A DNA stretch of 63,394 nt, filler included, from Choristocarpus tenellus KU-1152 (GCA_964200185.2; 12 parts of 12 records of this genome joined end to end with filler, not necessarily neighbours in it), one strand, 5' to 3'; counted from the first letter of the whole stretch, positions 1 to 13,800 are shown. Notes: a model not told the origin generated them from the sequence alone. Numbers and translations: made by a program.

Positions 1-252
1 TGCACTCACCCCCCTTCTTTCATCCTTCCACTCCCCCCTGTCTGTGCCCCCATTCTACTCCCCCCCTCTCCCTCTCTTCCTGTTCCTGCCCGTGCACCGT
101 GGTGAATCGCCACAAAACAAAATTAAAAAAAATAAATCAACACGGAACGGTGTCAACCATGTCTTGCGTGTGTGTGTGCGCGCTTGCGGCACATGCGTTG
201 GACACATACGTTCGTTTCAATGATGCGTGGGGGGGATCCCCTCCCTGAACAG

Positions 253-801
253 TGGCTCCGATACTCGACCTAAGCGACACAGTGTATATCGGAATGTGCC
301 TTGCCCTGGCGACCTTGTGGCTGGCTTTCATAGGTTTCCTAATTTCAAAGAGGAACATTTTCGACATGAAGAGGATGCACAATCTGTTTTGTGACAGGTA
401 CACCCTGTCAGTCCTTCTCCTCTCGTTCGTCCTGGTTGTGATTGCCTTCGCCACCGTCGGTAGGTACGTTAACAAGCGGTGGATCTTGCCGAGTGTCCTC
501 TTCATCGGGGGTATGTTCGTCTTCGTTGTTGCCTGGCACTTCTGGGGCAATTGGCTCTCCTCTCCGGAAGAGGTAGTGTGCCATGAGTCAGACCTGGAGA
601 TTGATGAGAAAGACCCCAATGCTCTGGAAGAACGTCCCGTGAAAAACACACCGGTCAGCGATGGTCCTTGGGGAGAACACCCTGCTCCGTTCCTGAGTGG
701 GTCTCCTCTGAGCAATGCCACTGCCAGACAAGGGCCAAGCACGGTAGATGAAGGCAAGGAGGAACCGCCAATACCCACCTTCCTGAGACCGGCACCAAGT
801 G
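253..801 (+). CDS. Putative exon of a membrane protein (3 hydrophobic segments, then an acidic/Pro-rich tail)
   Basis: Open frame 252-911 with three TM-like stretches. CAG acceptor ends at 252 and a candidate GTAGGG donor starts at 802. No family recognised. Confidence 0.45.
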
Positions 802-2220
802 GTAGGGCTGGACATGAAACACACAGGGGTGTGTGGAGGGTGGAGGAGGGGCCTCGATTGAGACAGTCTGGGCGTAGTAGTGAGCTGGGAAGGTTACCAG
901 ATTTTACCTGAGGGAGAGGGAACGCATGGTGATGATGCTGTGGTATGGCATGGTGTGCAGTGGTGGACTCAACTTGTGTGTGTCTGTGTGTGTGAGTTGT
1001 ACATGCTCTGGTTTGTAGTTTGTTCCTAGGCCGTCAACACCTCCATATGTGCGAAAGGTTAAGGCTGAATTATTGGGAAGCATGATAACCCACCTGATGA
1101 TGGTGGTGTAGAAGGTACTGCTGGGTAGACTTAGCTTACAAGTATGCATTTCCTTTTGTTTTCTTGTGTTGGTTTTCCTGAGATAAAATGGCATTGTCCT
1201 GGTTGTAGTTGAGTTGTAGTTGAGTGAGTGAGGAGAAGAACTTTGACTCTCCACCGGTGGCATGTTTTGTTCCGTGTAAAGCTCCTGTAATATTTTTTTG
1301 TAGTACTGTTTATTTTTGGGAGCGCAGTGTTAGGCGCTATCTTCCATGATTTACAAATGGTGGCAACTTGATACTTTAAGGAATACATACTCAGATTATT
1401 CCTGTGTGATGCTCGGTGGGAGGTTGTTGTCGAACTCACAAAAAGTATTTGTATTTGATTTTTGAAACTGACCGACCGTAACCAGTCTTTATAATTTTAT
1501 CCAATTAATGCACAGTGTTTTGGAGGAAGTAGCTATATCAAAAAAAAAACTTTTGACAGATCAATAGAAATGCTTGACTTGTGGCAAAGTATGATCGTTC
1601 TGGATAAGATAGGTTGACATCTGGAGGAAAGCGAGATGTGTGTTGAGCAACTTGTGGAGTGGTACGAAATGCCTTTAGTTGGTAATTGTGCGAACATAAT
1701 CTGACATTTTAGAGCATGTGTTACTACTACTCTACACAATTGGCAGGTCTTTCCATACGATGCCAGATACTCCCTTCTATGGGTCTTGCTTTAGGTAGCC
1801 CTACCCAGTCAGATCAACCAATTTTCCAGGGCATGATGGTACTTTATGCTACTGTCCTCCGGGTAGTAATGCCTACCCTTGAAAGTTTAGATGTTATTAT
1901 CACTCCAGTTAGGACCTCGTCTTAATCCTACTTTCCAAGTTGAGGGCTAATTTGTTACAGCTAAGACCTATTATTTCATTCAGACAGGGCTACAGCATAG
2001 ACATTAGTAGTAGACAAGTATTCATTCATTGCACCTGAACTCAGTACACACTCTGGTAGTGGAGATGAAATGTTTTATCCACCACAGAGTTCAAATCAAA
2101 TTGGTTTTCTCTTTCTTTTTTTTGAGATCTCCAATAATGACCAAAATATATAAAACAGAAAATATGTATGTATGGTTGAAAGATAACAAGTTTAACAAAG
2201 GCAGTTGTGCCTGTTGTGTG

Positions 2221-2384
2221 TAGATGTATCGCTTTCAAGCTTGTGTACTGGTTAGCTTTGGAATTGGCAACATGTTCAACAATTCATTTATTAACTAGGT
2301 ACTAGATGTATCGCTTTCAAGCTTGTGTACTGGTTAGCTTTGGAATTGGCAACATGTTCAACAATTCATTTATTAACTAGGTAC
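2221..2384. repeat. Exact 82-bp tandem duplication
   Basis: tagatgtatcgctttcaagc...ttaactaggtac at 2221-2302 and 2303-2384. Confidence 0.9.
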
Positions 2385-2985
2385 TAGTATGATATGATAG
2401 GGTTATAGTTGTATCATAATAATGAACTATAACATAGTATGCGTACATGTATCACATGACTAACACTTGGCAGATGTTGCCTTGAACACGTGATGTAGAG
2501 GATGAAAAGAACACAGCGCAAATGATATTCAGTCGATTTCTCACATTCGCAACCAGTAGCGACAAACAAACCCCTCCTTCTGCGTGTAACGATTCATTAG
2601 TATTAGTGTTAGTATTATCGAGCTGTGTCTGAAAACGATCTGATACGATGATTCCTGTGTATCAACTTAACTCCCAGACCGCGTACCGTGATGATGACGG
2701 GTTTTTTGAAGGAACAACGAAATATTCCCAAAATCAGTCAGGCATGCATACATGATACAACACACAGGCATCCAGGCATCAGCACTCAACACAGGTTGTT
2801 TTTAAGTTCACCGCACAAGATTTTTCTGCCGCCTAGTGAACTCGCTCTTCTTCCATTCCCACAATCGTTCTTTCTCTCCCAACTGAATCGTTTCAGGGGG
2901 TCCGACATGCAACAACGACAACCTCAAGCTGTGAGGAACAGGCTCATGCACAAAATTACAAATGAGCCAAGGAAGGATGTAACAC

Positions 2986-3865
2986 TATTATTTTATTATT
3001 ATGCCCTCTGACATTTGGAGATGTGCCAGGCGAAAAACTAATGAAAACTATTCGCATCTCTGAAAAATCCCTGAGGAAGTAACAGTTGTCACAAAAGTGA
3101 AACGTTAATCTATTTCCTATTTCACTACTACATTTCTATGTTGTACTAGTGCTTTCCTGTGTCTCAAACCTACTCCTGCACCCCAGGGTGAGGAGCGAGG
3201 GAAGCATCCCACGAATCTAATAAACCCCTCCTTGCCCATCTCGCTGGTGACTCCGGCTTAAAACGCATGACCCGTCTAGATAACGCTCTTTGCGTTGTGA
3301 CTGAGACTAACTGTCATAGGCGAGTTTTGACGGCACCTTTTCTGGTGTAGCCTTCTGTTCCTCTCCCCCCTACCGTGTGCGTAGCTAACTCATCCAGAAA
3401 ACATTGTGTTTGCTTGCCGAGGCGCCCAAAACTTTCCAACACCAAAGTGTTGAGGTTGTAACTACGAGGATCAAAAGAGCCCTCGTAGTGGGTACGCTTT
3501 CGCGCCTCAGCTACAGCAACAGCTACTACCATTGCTGATGGATGAGTGTGGGACGTGGGAGGTTGCCTGCACTTCCACGAACGTAACATCTAAGTAGAAG
3601 GCATTTGTCCTGGTAGGGGGCTGATCCTACATCTATCTGCGAGGGTCCCTGGATGGAAGACTAGATCCATGCGGAAATTCCTGTCGACTGTGAATTCGCA
3701 ACCATCCTCCATAGTGCAAAGGATGCCCATCCCCTTGCATAGCTGGCTAAGGCGTTTCGCCATATGGATTTTTGTCGCACCTGACCTCCTGCCCAGGGGG
3801 AGGTACGGCCATGTCTGGTGTCGACATTTTGCCTCCTGTACCCAACCACTGGGTATCTGTTTGAC
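2986..3865 (-). mobile_element. 5'-truncated, degenerate CRE-like non-LTR retrotransposon (zinc knuckle, restriction-like endonuclease, 3' UTR, (TAA)n tail)
   Basis: Minus-strand peptides RRQNVDTRHGRT, AEARKRTHYEGSF and LVLESFGRLGKQ..FLDELA match CRE/RLE C-terminal motifs. Probable native stop at 3170-3172. Tail reads ...gagggcataataataaaataata. Homologous to 60841-61620. Confidence 0.75.
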
Positions 3866-3879
3866 ACTATTATCACTAA

Positions 3880-4026
3880 GTTACGACAGATGTAGAACTT
3901 TTTTAGGGATTTTTCTAATATGTGAATAGTTTTTATTTTTCCCCTGACACATCTACATATTTCTATTATTATGCCCTCTGATATTTTGCACATGAATCTG
4001 GAGAAAAACAATGAAAACTATTCATG
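3880..4026. repeat. Two tail-to-tail copies of the CRE-like 3' UTR
   Basis: 3880-3960 (+) and 3963-4026 (-) resemble 2986-3100 and 21447-21570. Confidence 0.65.
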
Positions 4027-4027
4027 T

Positions 4028-4143
4028 AACAGAGGATTTTAAAAATCGAAGATGGAGCGTACTATTGAGGATGGGTTTGAAATGGTGCGGAAAAAGTACC
4101 GATATGTTTTTTTTTGTAAATGTTGCGGCACTTTTTAAGGGTC
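4028..4143 (+). repeat. Terminus of a dispersed repeat family (aacagaggattt(t/c)aaaa...), truncated by the contig end
   Basis: Similar to 14466-14518 (+) and 57557-57630 (-). All three copies abut spacers. Confidence 0.6.
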
Positions 4144-4243
4144 NNNNNNNNNNNNNNNNNNNNNNNNNNNNNNNNNNNNNNNNNNNNTTAATTAATTAAN
4201 NNNNNNNNNNNNNNNNNNNNNNNNNNNNNNNNNNNNNNNNNNN
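4144..4243. other. Artificial contig-joining spacer (N44-TTAATTAATTAA-N44). Also at 8632-8731, 14519-14618, 18490-18589, 22014-22113, 29817-29916, 35601-35700, 40498-40597, 54108-54207, 57457-57556, 60741-60840
   Basis: Identical 100-nt structure with an all-frame stop linker. Confidence 0.98.
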
Positions 4244-4311
4244 CATGGGAAGCCAAGCCCCACAAATGGACAAACAGGGAAAAATTCGTACCCTCTAAGA
4301 TAGTTTTACTC
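4244..4311 (+). mobile_element. Right end of a ~260-bp AAAGTATCT MITE (family A), truncated by the contig start
   Basis: Ends accctctaagatagttttactc, like the full copy at 53834-54092. Confidence 0.85.
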
Positions 4312-4399
4312 GTGGTTTTTGATCACCATGGTCGAGATGTTGCCCAGGTAGTCAATTGTTCTGCATTCCTTTACTCACACATTCCTGTTCTCTTTTGGT

Positions 4400-7300
4400 T
4401 GCCACCTTGCCCTTTATCTCCCAGGTTTGCAGACATTTCTGGCTTACAGTTTCGCGAGAAGATGAGGTCGCCTCAACTCGCAGATTCTACAAGGAATCGA
4501 TGATTCCGAGAGATTCCAGCCCAGTACCACACCTCAAGAAATTCTGGTCGCAGCCGTGTCCACGCTGCTGAACTTTGAGGCAGGCGCAGAGAGCACGTTC
4601 GTTTTCAGTCTTCCACTCGTGGCAGATCTTGCTCCAGGTCGAGATCCCGGGACAGGCGCTCTCATCGACACGGACGGAGGATCAGAGAAGAACGCAGAGG
4701 TCGCACCCGTTCACCGCAACGTCACCGTCAGACCAGTGACTATTATTCTTCACACGAGTCTGTATCACCCAGACCATCTCGGAGGAATAGCCTGACTACG
4801 GTACGTCGGTCCAGAGAGGTTGAGGCACGGTTGCGAAGAGAAATTCATGAGTTGTGTATATGAGCTGAGTCGAATGAGTCACAATCCGGTAGGCTGCAGC
4901 GAGACAGAGCCTCTCGCAACCTCGACATGCGTTATCATCATTATTGTGCTAAAACCATGGAACGCATTCAGAAGAAACTCGGAGACCCTGCCAACGGCCC
5001 CGTCTTTCTTGGAGTGTATCTGCAGATATCTCTGCCCCAACCATGTAAAAAAATCCCGTTTTTTTCGCTGACGCTCTTACCAAGGCCTTAGGGAGGGTTC
5101 AAGGAGGATTATGAGCCTTGCCCAAAGACCATGCCTACCATCGTAATACATCACGTCCACGTAGTGATGCCCTTACCCCTTTCCGCATCGAGCTTCTTGA
5201 GCAACTACTGTCTGACTCTCTTAGGACACACAGTGATCTCCTAAGTGACTCATCTACAGTGGAAGTCCCGAGCGTCACCGGACAACTCGTTTGGGTTCCT
5301 CGGGAAGACATGACAGCGACTGAGTGGGTTGGTATCCTGGTGAGAGAATGCACTCGTTCTTATAGTCAGTCGAAAAATGCCGTAAAGAACGCAATGAGTT
5401 CTTTAAGGACCGAGAGAGGGGAATTGTGGAAAGCTGCAGCCAACCGTCTTATCTTACGTTATAGAGCATGCGTCGTACATTCACGGATGCCTCATGTTTG
5501 CGAGACAACTTCCTTTTGGAGGTATATAGCTGAAGACCAACTCATTGATCTATGCGAACGAGCTCTTCCTATTCTTCTTTCCAATATGTTCTAGATCAGA
5601 TTGGAGTACAGTCGATGGCATTTTCATTCGAAAGGAGATTCGGAGTCAATTTCGACCACTGGCAATTTCCCAGAAAAAAACCTTTAGGAGATGAAATGGT
5701 ACAGCAGGGAATTGAAGCAGAATTGATCTTCGACAATCTAATTGAAGAATTGTCTAATCATAGCTACCAGTACGCATTTGTCCCAACCAATCAAAATGCT
5801 ACAAAATCTGCGTTGTACAAAGATAAGACAACAATTGCTTTAGGCAGCATGGCTAATGCTCATGCTCTGTTTGCAAGCATGTACGAACCTTTGTCTGCCC
5901 CAGTGGAAACCCCGATAGGCAGACAGGAACTAGGACTGCCCCAACATAGCAAGAAATCCTTGCCACGAGAGGTGCCAAGCCAGATTCCACCACCACACCA
6001 AGAGGTGGTCAACAGTGTGCTGGTGGCCCTCGCACCGATGCTCGAACCTGTTTTGTCCCAAAATCCGCTGTCCACTGTCTGTGCTGCGTTGACAAACGAA
6101 CCTGCTTTGTTCCTGGGAAACATGGGACCTTGTTCGTATCTAAGAGCAATGCATGCGCACCCGTTCGACCTGCAACACCCGCCACCCAGTCTGTGTCCCG
6201 ACCCACTTCTCCTTTAGCCACAGAGAGAACAAGTGATGGAGTTCGACACCATTCAGTAAGGATTTACCTTCATCATCTGCTTCCCAAGATGAGGTTGTCG
6301 AGTCGAGTGGCTCAAGGCACATCGAGTTTGCTTCCACCACGCTTTCGGTCGCGACTGCTTCAAGTCTATCAGCTGCAGGTGCAGGTATACTCACGACGAC
6401 TCCATAGTACCTAAGGGTTACTTCGCACATCTTTCCCAAGACAAGCAAAGTACTACCCCAACGAATGAGTCGTGTACGATGGTAGCCTTTACAGACTTCC
6501 ATTTGCATTACCTTGCCGTGATGCAGAACTTTGAGAGTCGGCCATTCTTTGCAAGTAGCCCGAGCGATTCTAAAGCACCTGAGTTGCCCTGAAGGTGCGC
6601 CCTGGAGTCTTCAGCTCCAGGGAACTTAGCCACTGTAGCCATAGGAAGCATGACCCCCACATCCATCTCGACAAATATCCACTATGTCAACTGCCCAACG
6701 AACTAGTCAAGTATGGCTATCTGCGCTGCTGTGGCACCCTCGCAAAGTCCGCTCGAGGATGCCTGTACAGAACTCTTTGACACTTGTGCAGGAGGTGGGA
6801 ACTACATCTCATCTGCTTTTTGGCGCAGTACTGCTCTCTGGGGGGTAGCACCGGCCTACCGCACCTTAATCAAGCAGGTAAAGGTACGTTGCACGTGGCA
6901 AATCCGAAAGGATGCAGTATTCCACCCATGTAGGTACTAGGGTCCTGCATACTGCCAATATTGCTTCCCCCAGAGTATAGAGTCCGCAATGTGACATTCA
7001 GAGTAGTGGAAGGCTTACCTTACGGGATGATTCTAGGAGCAGTATTCTGTAGGCAGCACAAGAGTATACTGTCATTTAGAGAGGGGGTAGGCTTTCAATC
7101 AGCTCCAAACTCACCATGGATACCTTTTGTCCGAGCTGTGACACCCAGATCTAGTGATAACAATGCACCCCTGTCAGGCCTAGTAGAGCGGCAAGCATCA
7201 ATGACACCCACAACCCGACCATCCAAGTACCACAGACCACCTCTTAATAACCCCAGATCAGCTGGATGTAGAGAACCCCCCCCTGACGCATTCCCTAGAT

Positions 7301-8560
7301 CCCCAAGATGCACTAGTACTCCAACTGGTGAACATACGCAACCAGAGAAGGAACATGCAAGTTTTTTTATATAGACCCAGAAGTAGGCACCTCAGATGCG
7401 GATCCAGAGGAAGATATCGCAACAATAGATCTTACCCAGGACAAGGATCCTCTGACCCCATCACTGGAGAGTCCAGGTCTAGTACCCCTTCCGGTAGAGG
7501 TAGCGTGGGAGGACGATGAGACCCTGCAATGGGAATTGCATTTGTCAGAAGTAGAACACGTAGAAGTATTTGTCAGCAAAGTCTGCAAAGGATTCGTTAA
7601 GGGGGCACAACCTCAATCCAGACAGTTGGTGGTGATGAGCCCTTATCAGAGTATAACCTGGAATTAGGAAATGCTGTCGGAGTTGCCAGAGGTGTACAAT
7701 GTTGGAACCCCAAACCCCATTTATTGCAAGCTGGGAAATACGTGCAGTAAGCCCAGTAGTGTCCAGCAGGGCTGCCAGTTGCGAAGGCGATTGCTCTGAA
7801 TACTCAGGATACAGAGAGGGTGGTTGCACTCTTTCAGTCACTAACCAAACCTCCCAAAGACCCTCAAAGAGCACAGGTCCTGCTTGCCACAACTAGTTCT
7901 CAGACAAGGCATCCCCCAGAAGCAAACGAGACTGGTGACTGCCCGGTAGCAGAGGAAGAAGACATCCTTTCAGATGAACCCAAGGGGGTCCGGCATCAAT
8001 TGGTCAGCCTTAACGATTCCAATATGGGACAGCTGACACCAGGGCAGAAGGAACAGTTGGTGGAATTGTTAGAGGAATTTTGACATTTAGGGGTATTCCC
8101 TGAAGATCCCAAACGAGTTCCCCCATGCTCTAGAGTACTACACATACCACTATTACACGAGAACTGTACACCCTAAGCAGCGAAACAAAGGCGCTTCTCT
8201 CGCGAAGAAACGCAGATGATTCAGGCCGAGGTTAAGCAGTTGCAGGAACGCGGTATCATGAGACCCCTCACCTCAGCGTGGGCAGCAGCAGATGTAGCAG
8301 TACGTAAGAAAGATGGAACCCTGAGGTTGTGCAAAGACCTATAGGATGCTAAATGATCTCTCGTGTAGTGATAGTGGAGGTCTCGGGAACATTGCCAGCA
8401 TCTTTGATAAGCTTAAGGGTCCTAGCTATTTTTCTGCCATAGTCCTAGCGTCGGGATTCTTTCAACTAGAAATCGCAGAGGTAGACAAACACAAGACAGC
8501 CTTCCGTGATGCTCATGGACAACTTTGGGGATATAACAGTTGTGGCTTTGGGATGCAAAT
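4400..8560 (+). mobile_element. Degenerate Ty3/gypsy LTR retrotransposon (gag-like region, protease, N-terminal RT)
   Basis: Protease-like LFDTCAGGGNYIS and FRVVEGLPYGMILG. RT motifs QRRFSREE..I.AEVKQL..RGIMRPSTSAWAA..V.VRKKDGTLRLC and LASGFFQLEIAEVDKHKTAF. Many stops and frameshifts. 5' boundary approximate. Confidence 0.85.
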
Positions 8561-8731
8561 ATTGTTGAAACCTGAATCGAATGCATTGTATATGATACAT
8601 AGACTACGAAGGAAGAGGAATCATGGTGTTGNNNNNNNNNNNNNNNNNNNNNNNNNNNNNNNNNNNNNNNNNNNNTTAATTAATTAANNNNNNNNNNNNN
8701 NNNNNNNNNNNNNNNNNNNNNNNNNNNNNNN

Positions 8732-8991
8732 AAAAGGTATATTGATATATTGATAATAAAAGGTATATTGATATATTGATAATAAAAGGTATATTGATAT
8801 ATTGATAATAAAAGGTATATTGATATATTGATAATAAAAGGTATATTGATATATTGATAATAAAAGGTATATTGATATATTGATAATAAAAGGTATATTG
8901 ATATATTGATAATAAAAGGTATATTGATATATTGATAATAAAAGGTATATTGATATATTGATAATAAAAGGTATATTGATATATTGATGAT
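8732..8991. repeat. Intronic 26-bp minisatellite, about 10 copies (aaaaggtatattgatatattgataat)
   Basis: Near-perfect tandem units running into the contig end. Confidence 0.95.
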
Positions 8992-9003
8992 AAAAGTTCC
9001 CAC

Positions 9004-9180
9004 CGAATAGTAACCTCGATCGACATAATCTCCCATGAACAGGTAGTTGGTGTCTGGTGCCTTGCCACCTATTTTGAACAGCTCCATCAGGTCGTGAAAC
9101 TGCCCATGCACATCCCCACACACAGTAACTGGGCACCTAACCGGCTGCACGTTTGATTCCTCCAGGAGCACATTTCTTGC
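9004..9180 (-). CDS. PP2A-C: Serine/threonine protein phosphatase 2A catalytic subunit, exon 2
   Basis: [35 protein letters not shown]...[10 protein letters not shown] carries the PPP GDxHG and GDxVDRG motifs in PP2A-type context. TAG acceptor, GT donor at 9003, 59 codons. Confidence 0.95.
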
Positions 9181-9765
9181 CTAAAGCACAATACACGTGT
9201 ACAAACTAGCTCAGGCATTCATAGACAAGAGGGCCGCTACCTAAGATACACACATCAACATCAACATCAACATCAACATCAACCATAAGGGCCCCGTAAC
9301 CCCCAACATACAGTTTCATCTGTTCTTCTCATTCGATTGCAACGTTTGAAACACACATTGCATGCACCAAAAAAGATATTGTGATTACTAGGAACAGTGT
9401 CATACACATAGAGCTCTACTCTGACAGTGTTAACTGTAACACATCATCTCTCATCCAACTGACCTAATACTCTGCTAATCGGCATCATCCATCATCCATC
9501 ATCCCTTCACCAACCAACCCCTGACCACAATACCTACACAAACCAGTGTAACATAGAGGTCGTTGGCCTTGTCTGTAACCACCACTCTTCCCAAGCAAAA
9601 TAATCCTCGAGTTGACTTTCACATCAGCCACTACGGTGTACAAACTGGAAATATAATTAGGTTTGAAAAAACATAATTAGATTTGAAAAAAAAAACATCT
9701 CAAAACAAGAGTACTTGACTACTTCTTTCAAGGCAACACAAAAGAACAAGCCCCAGCTGACTGAC

Positions 9766-9876
9766 CTTTTCGCACAGCTGCACAACCTCGGCCTCTGTCA
9801 AGGTCTTTCCATCCAACAGCTTGTCTACCCACGCATCAACACATGAAACTGTCGCCTCTTCAAGGTCACCTGCCAT
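9766..9876 (-). CDS. PP2A-C: PP2A catalytic subunit, first coding exon
   Basis: MAGDLEEATVSCVDAWVDKLLDGKTLTEAEVVQLCEK then a GTCAG donor. Joins exon 2 in phase 0 to give LCEK-ARNVL, matching the PP2A N-terminus. Confidence 0.9.
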
Positions 9877-10830
9877 CTGATGCTAGAGTGACCTCAAAGT
9901 TTAGCATGTTGGCCATGATGCCACCATGGTCCAGTGGGATGAAAGCAATAGGGCGGTGCAGGGATCAAGTACAAGCAGCGTGTTTAAGGGATTGATTGAT
10001 TGATTGATTGATTGATAGATTGATTGATTTAGAAGGTTCTAATATTAGAGGTGAGGGGGAGGGGGTGCATGAGACTTCGATACCCAGACATATAGAACAT
10101 GCCAGCCTGCCCACCGGAAGACAAAAAATAGAGCATGTCTTAGATGTGTCACTGGCTATGGAATGCAAAGGCTTTCTCTTAAAAAGATTTCTCACTAAAG
10201 TACAGTGCACAACCCAATGCATTGGGGCCAATTAAACAGCCCCCATCCCAATTCACCCCTCCCCACAAAACAAGTAGTCACAATGAGAAAACACAAGACC
10301 TACTGCAGCCCAAGTTACAACACAAGAGGTACTCCTAACACAAATGACCTTACTCTCGTTGAGAAATCTACATATGCATACCATGAAATATGGTACTGAG
10401 GTGATCCTCACAACTCTTGCATCCCAATGACAAAAACTGTAACATGCCCCCATTAATCTAAAACAGCACTCTGACTTGTCACCAGATCATTCATTATTTC
10501 CATAGCAAAGCTTAACCTTGGCAGTCAACACATACATGAACCAAGCAGCTGAAACTTTCCACAATTATCTGTATCTACCTCCAACAAGCATCATGAAGAT
10601 TTTCTCATCAGCTGTATGGGGGAGGCAGAGGAGGGTAGGAACAGGGTGACCCTAACTGATACCCCAAGCATGTAAAGATCTTGTTTGGTGCATATCGTAT
10701 CACCAAAGTCCTACCCTGTACACTAAGCCGTGCCCACAACGGATTAATAGAAAGGATGCATAAAAAAAGGATGGATAAGTTGAAGCCGTTGCAAAATATA
10801 TAGGGATTCATAGCTGCGATCCTGGCCTCT

Positions 10831-10884
10831 TGCATAAGAGTTGGGGAATGCATAAGAGTTGGGGAATGCATAAGAGTTGGGGAA
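10831..10884. repeat. 18-bp tandem repeat x3 (tgcataagagttggggaa)
   Basis: Three direct copies. Confidence 0.9.
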
Positions 10885-13800
10885 TAGAACAAGCAACGTG
10901 CCTCCAACCCTGGCATCACGTCGCCAGAAGATACATCACGACTTCCCGACCCTCTTTAGGTATAGATTTCGAGGAAAGTCCCATTAAGAGGCACCCTAGA
11001 TTGGTGTTGAGCAGCAGCAGATGCCATCCATGGATCGTTTCTATAGATGTGTTATAAAGGCAGAGTCGATCATTTTGAACCAAAGCGTAACTTAGAAAAG
11101 CAGCCTAAAGAGATAACATCTGGGAGTGAAAAAAAAATGTATTCAAAACATATACACCTCAAATTGTTTCGGAAGATGCAAAAGCATGCCACACCAGCGA
11201 GGACAGCGAACCCCCCACGGTCAACATGACCTCTGTTCCCACTCAGCACAGGAGATCTGTCTAGAAACTTCCCTCAGAGTGGACGGCACCCCCGCCATTG
11301 AACACACCAAATCTTGTGCAGGCTAACTACGACCTTTAGCAATAACCCGGAAATCCTCGAGATCAAGAGCACCTACATGGGCTTCTGAGATGGCCAAGTA
11401 GAATAAACCCAACATCCAACACCAGATAGCCAGGCAGAGCCACGCAATGAAAAACTGGGAGGATTACCGCATTGATTGGTACGACTACCTTCATCCATAA
11501 GGGCAGGGAAATGAGTTATTGCGATATACCTCTCACTTATAGTATTGACCGTTCGATTTTTAAAGCTCACCTGATGTTTGCTCAGAGTTTAGACAAGATA
11601 AGTTGCAACCGGTCGACAGGCACTCTAGTCAACACCCACCCCCCCGAAGGGGCTAGCCCTCCAAACCCTTCGAGGCTAACAATCAATCTCTCACTGTAGG
11701 ATGGCGAATGAACCGCTTCCAGTTCCTTCAGGTTTCCTGCAGAATGGGGCAGGAGGGGGCTGCTAGCGATAGGGCATCTATGTGAAACCTACATGAGAAA
11801 GAAAGGTGGACAAGAAGAAGCTTGGAGCGACAAATAAAGGTAGAAAGTGAATAAAGGAAAATGAGGGTACACTTGGCGGGTGAGATGAGGTACTATCTAT
11901 ATAAATATTTGTGTTTATTTATGAACATACATTATATGTTACACATATTATTTTATGTTAGTCACATCTTTCTATGAAGTAATAATTGTAGTATGATTGC
12001 AAAGTTTCACCATCTAAATTTCGCATTTTTCTACAACTATAAATAATATTACTATTATTATAGAGTGTTGTGGACATTTCACGTTTCATATTTCACACTT
12101 CATATTTTCCATTTTCCATTTTCCATTTTCTTCTAAATATATATAAAGATAGGTGATTTTTTTGTCCACATCTTCCTCATATAGTTGGAAGTAGGCTTTT
12201 ATCAAAAAGGGGATGTATGAACACAACAAATCAAAACCATTTTAATATACGATATTGTAGGGTGTGTTAACATTGCTTAGTAGTGAGAGTTAAAAAGGGT
12301 TATAAATAAATACATTTTTGGTTTTGGTTTTTCCTGGAAACATCTACATTATATCATGGATAATAATATATATTGTGACTAAAGAATACCCGTGCTTTCA
12401 TTAAGACCCAAACCAATCGAGAAGTAGGCAGGTTTGGGCCCTTCTACATTCCAAGACATCTTTCTTACCTATTCAATGCACTCTATTTCATTGGTTGATG
12501 TCCGCAATATTGTACACAACTTTGATATTCCCCCCTCCCACACACAACGTGACACCACAATTCAGAAAAGACTTTTTTATCAATTCTACAAAACGGCATG
12601 TATTTTTTGCCCCTTCTTAGGATCCTTAAAATATAACACTGTCTACCTCTTGGTTGGTTTGACTCTTAATTGCTTTTGTTTGTGCGTTAGTAATTTGATC
12701 CATTAAAACGGTCATAAAAAGTTTGTTGTGGAACCTTGGTTCCAGTATATAATAGTAGTACTGCATCCACCCACACAGATACCATTCTTGGAAGTATATA
12801 ATTAGTTATACCCTGGATCTATCTCACCCCACCATTCATTCAGAAAAACAAGATATAAGGAAAACAGAATAAAAGTAGAACATATCCATCCGCCGCGGGA
12901 GAGTGAAGACAGACGACAGGTATCAGCACAAATACCTCCAATGAGGTGTGTCCTTTACAACCTCTCCTCATCATGCATTTTCTTATTGAATCTTGTTGTC
13001 ACACAGTTCCCTTAGCTAAGAATAATACTAGTATCGAAGAAAATTCCTTTACTTCAAGCAGGGTGGCGGTAAAGGCTATTGCCACGTTGTGAACAAAGGT
13101 AGAAGAGGAAGCTTAGGTACCACCATGTAATCGGTTTTGGTAGGTATACACCAGGACAAATACCTCCTCCACTCATCCAGAAAAAGAAGTCGAAACATAG
13201 AAACAGAGAATAACAGTAAGAGAAAAGGAGAGAAGAGGAAATTGGAGGAAAACATATCCACAAGACCGTTTCAGACAAAAGCAGCAATCGCACTCCACCT
13301 CGACATTTTGGATCAAAAATTAGCAAAGAAGTGTGTCATGACATTCAATCTCCAATCCCATCATCGCATGGTCAGTTTGCACTAACAAGTATCCAAGAAA
13401 ATTCCATTCACAGAAATTTTCAGCTTCGATCCATAATTATTGTCAATCTGCTCCTGGTCCAGCTTGTATATGCCGCATCATGTTTATTGCCCATCCCTAA
13501 CTTTGGTTTTTGTATCTTCGCCACCATCAATTTCATGGATTCCAGACCTAAAGTAAGCGAGAGGTACGTAGAGTTGCATTTCAATGATGTTGGCAAATAT
13601 GTACAAGTCCGACCTTTTTACAAGTGGGTGTAGGATATTTTCCGAATTATATCGAAATGCTTCAAGCAATATGTAGAGAAATAACCCTCTCAAGTCAAAC
13701 TTAACACTTCATCCATAGAAATATGGGTGAATTGCAAAAGATTAAAAAAATGGGTTAAAATGCAACATGACCAAATACTGGGTACCTCTCGTTAACTTTG

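Noticed and set aside
137-778. 213-aa minus-strand ORF
   Set aside because: Antisense shadow of the more protein-like plus-strand frame.
4188-4199. Recurrent TTAATTAATTAA palindrome between N runs
   Set aside because: Artificial all-frame stop linker used to concatenate contigs. ORFs ending in it and any cross-spacer gene neighbourhood are artefacts.
8676-9003. YQYINIPF repeat extension of the PP2A ORF
   Set aside because: Read-through into an intronic minisatellite past the GT donor.
13050-13640. Short basic ORFs suggestive of a TE relic
   Set aside because: No recognisable motif or boundaries.
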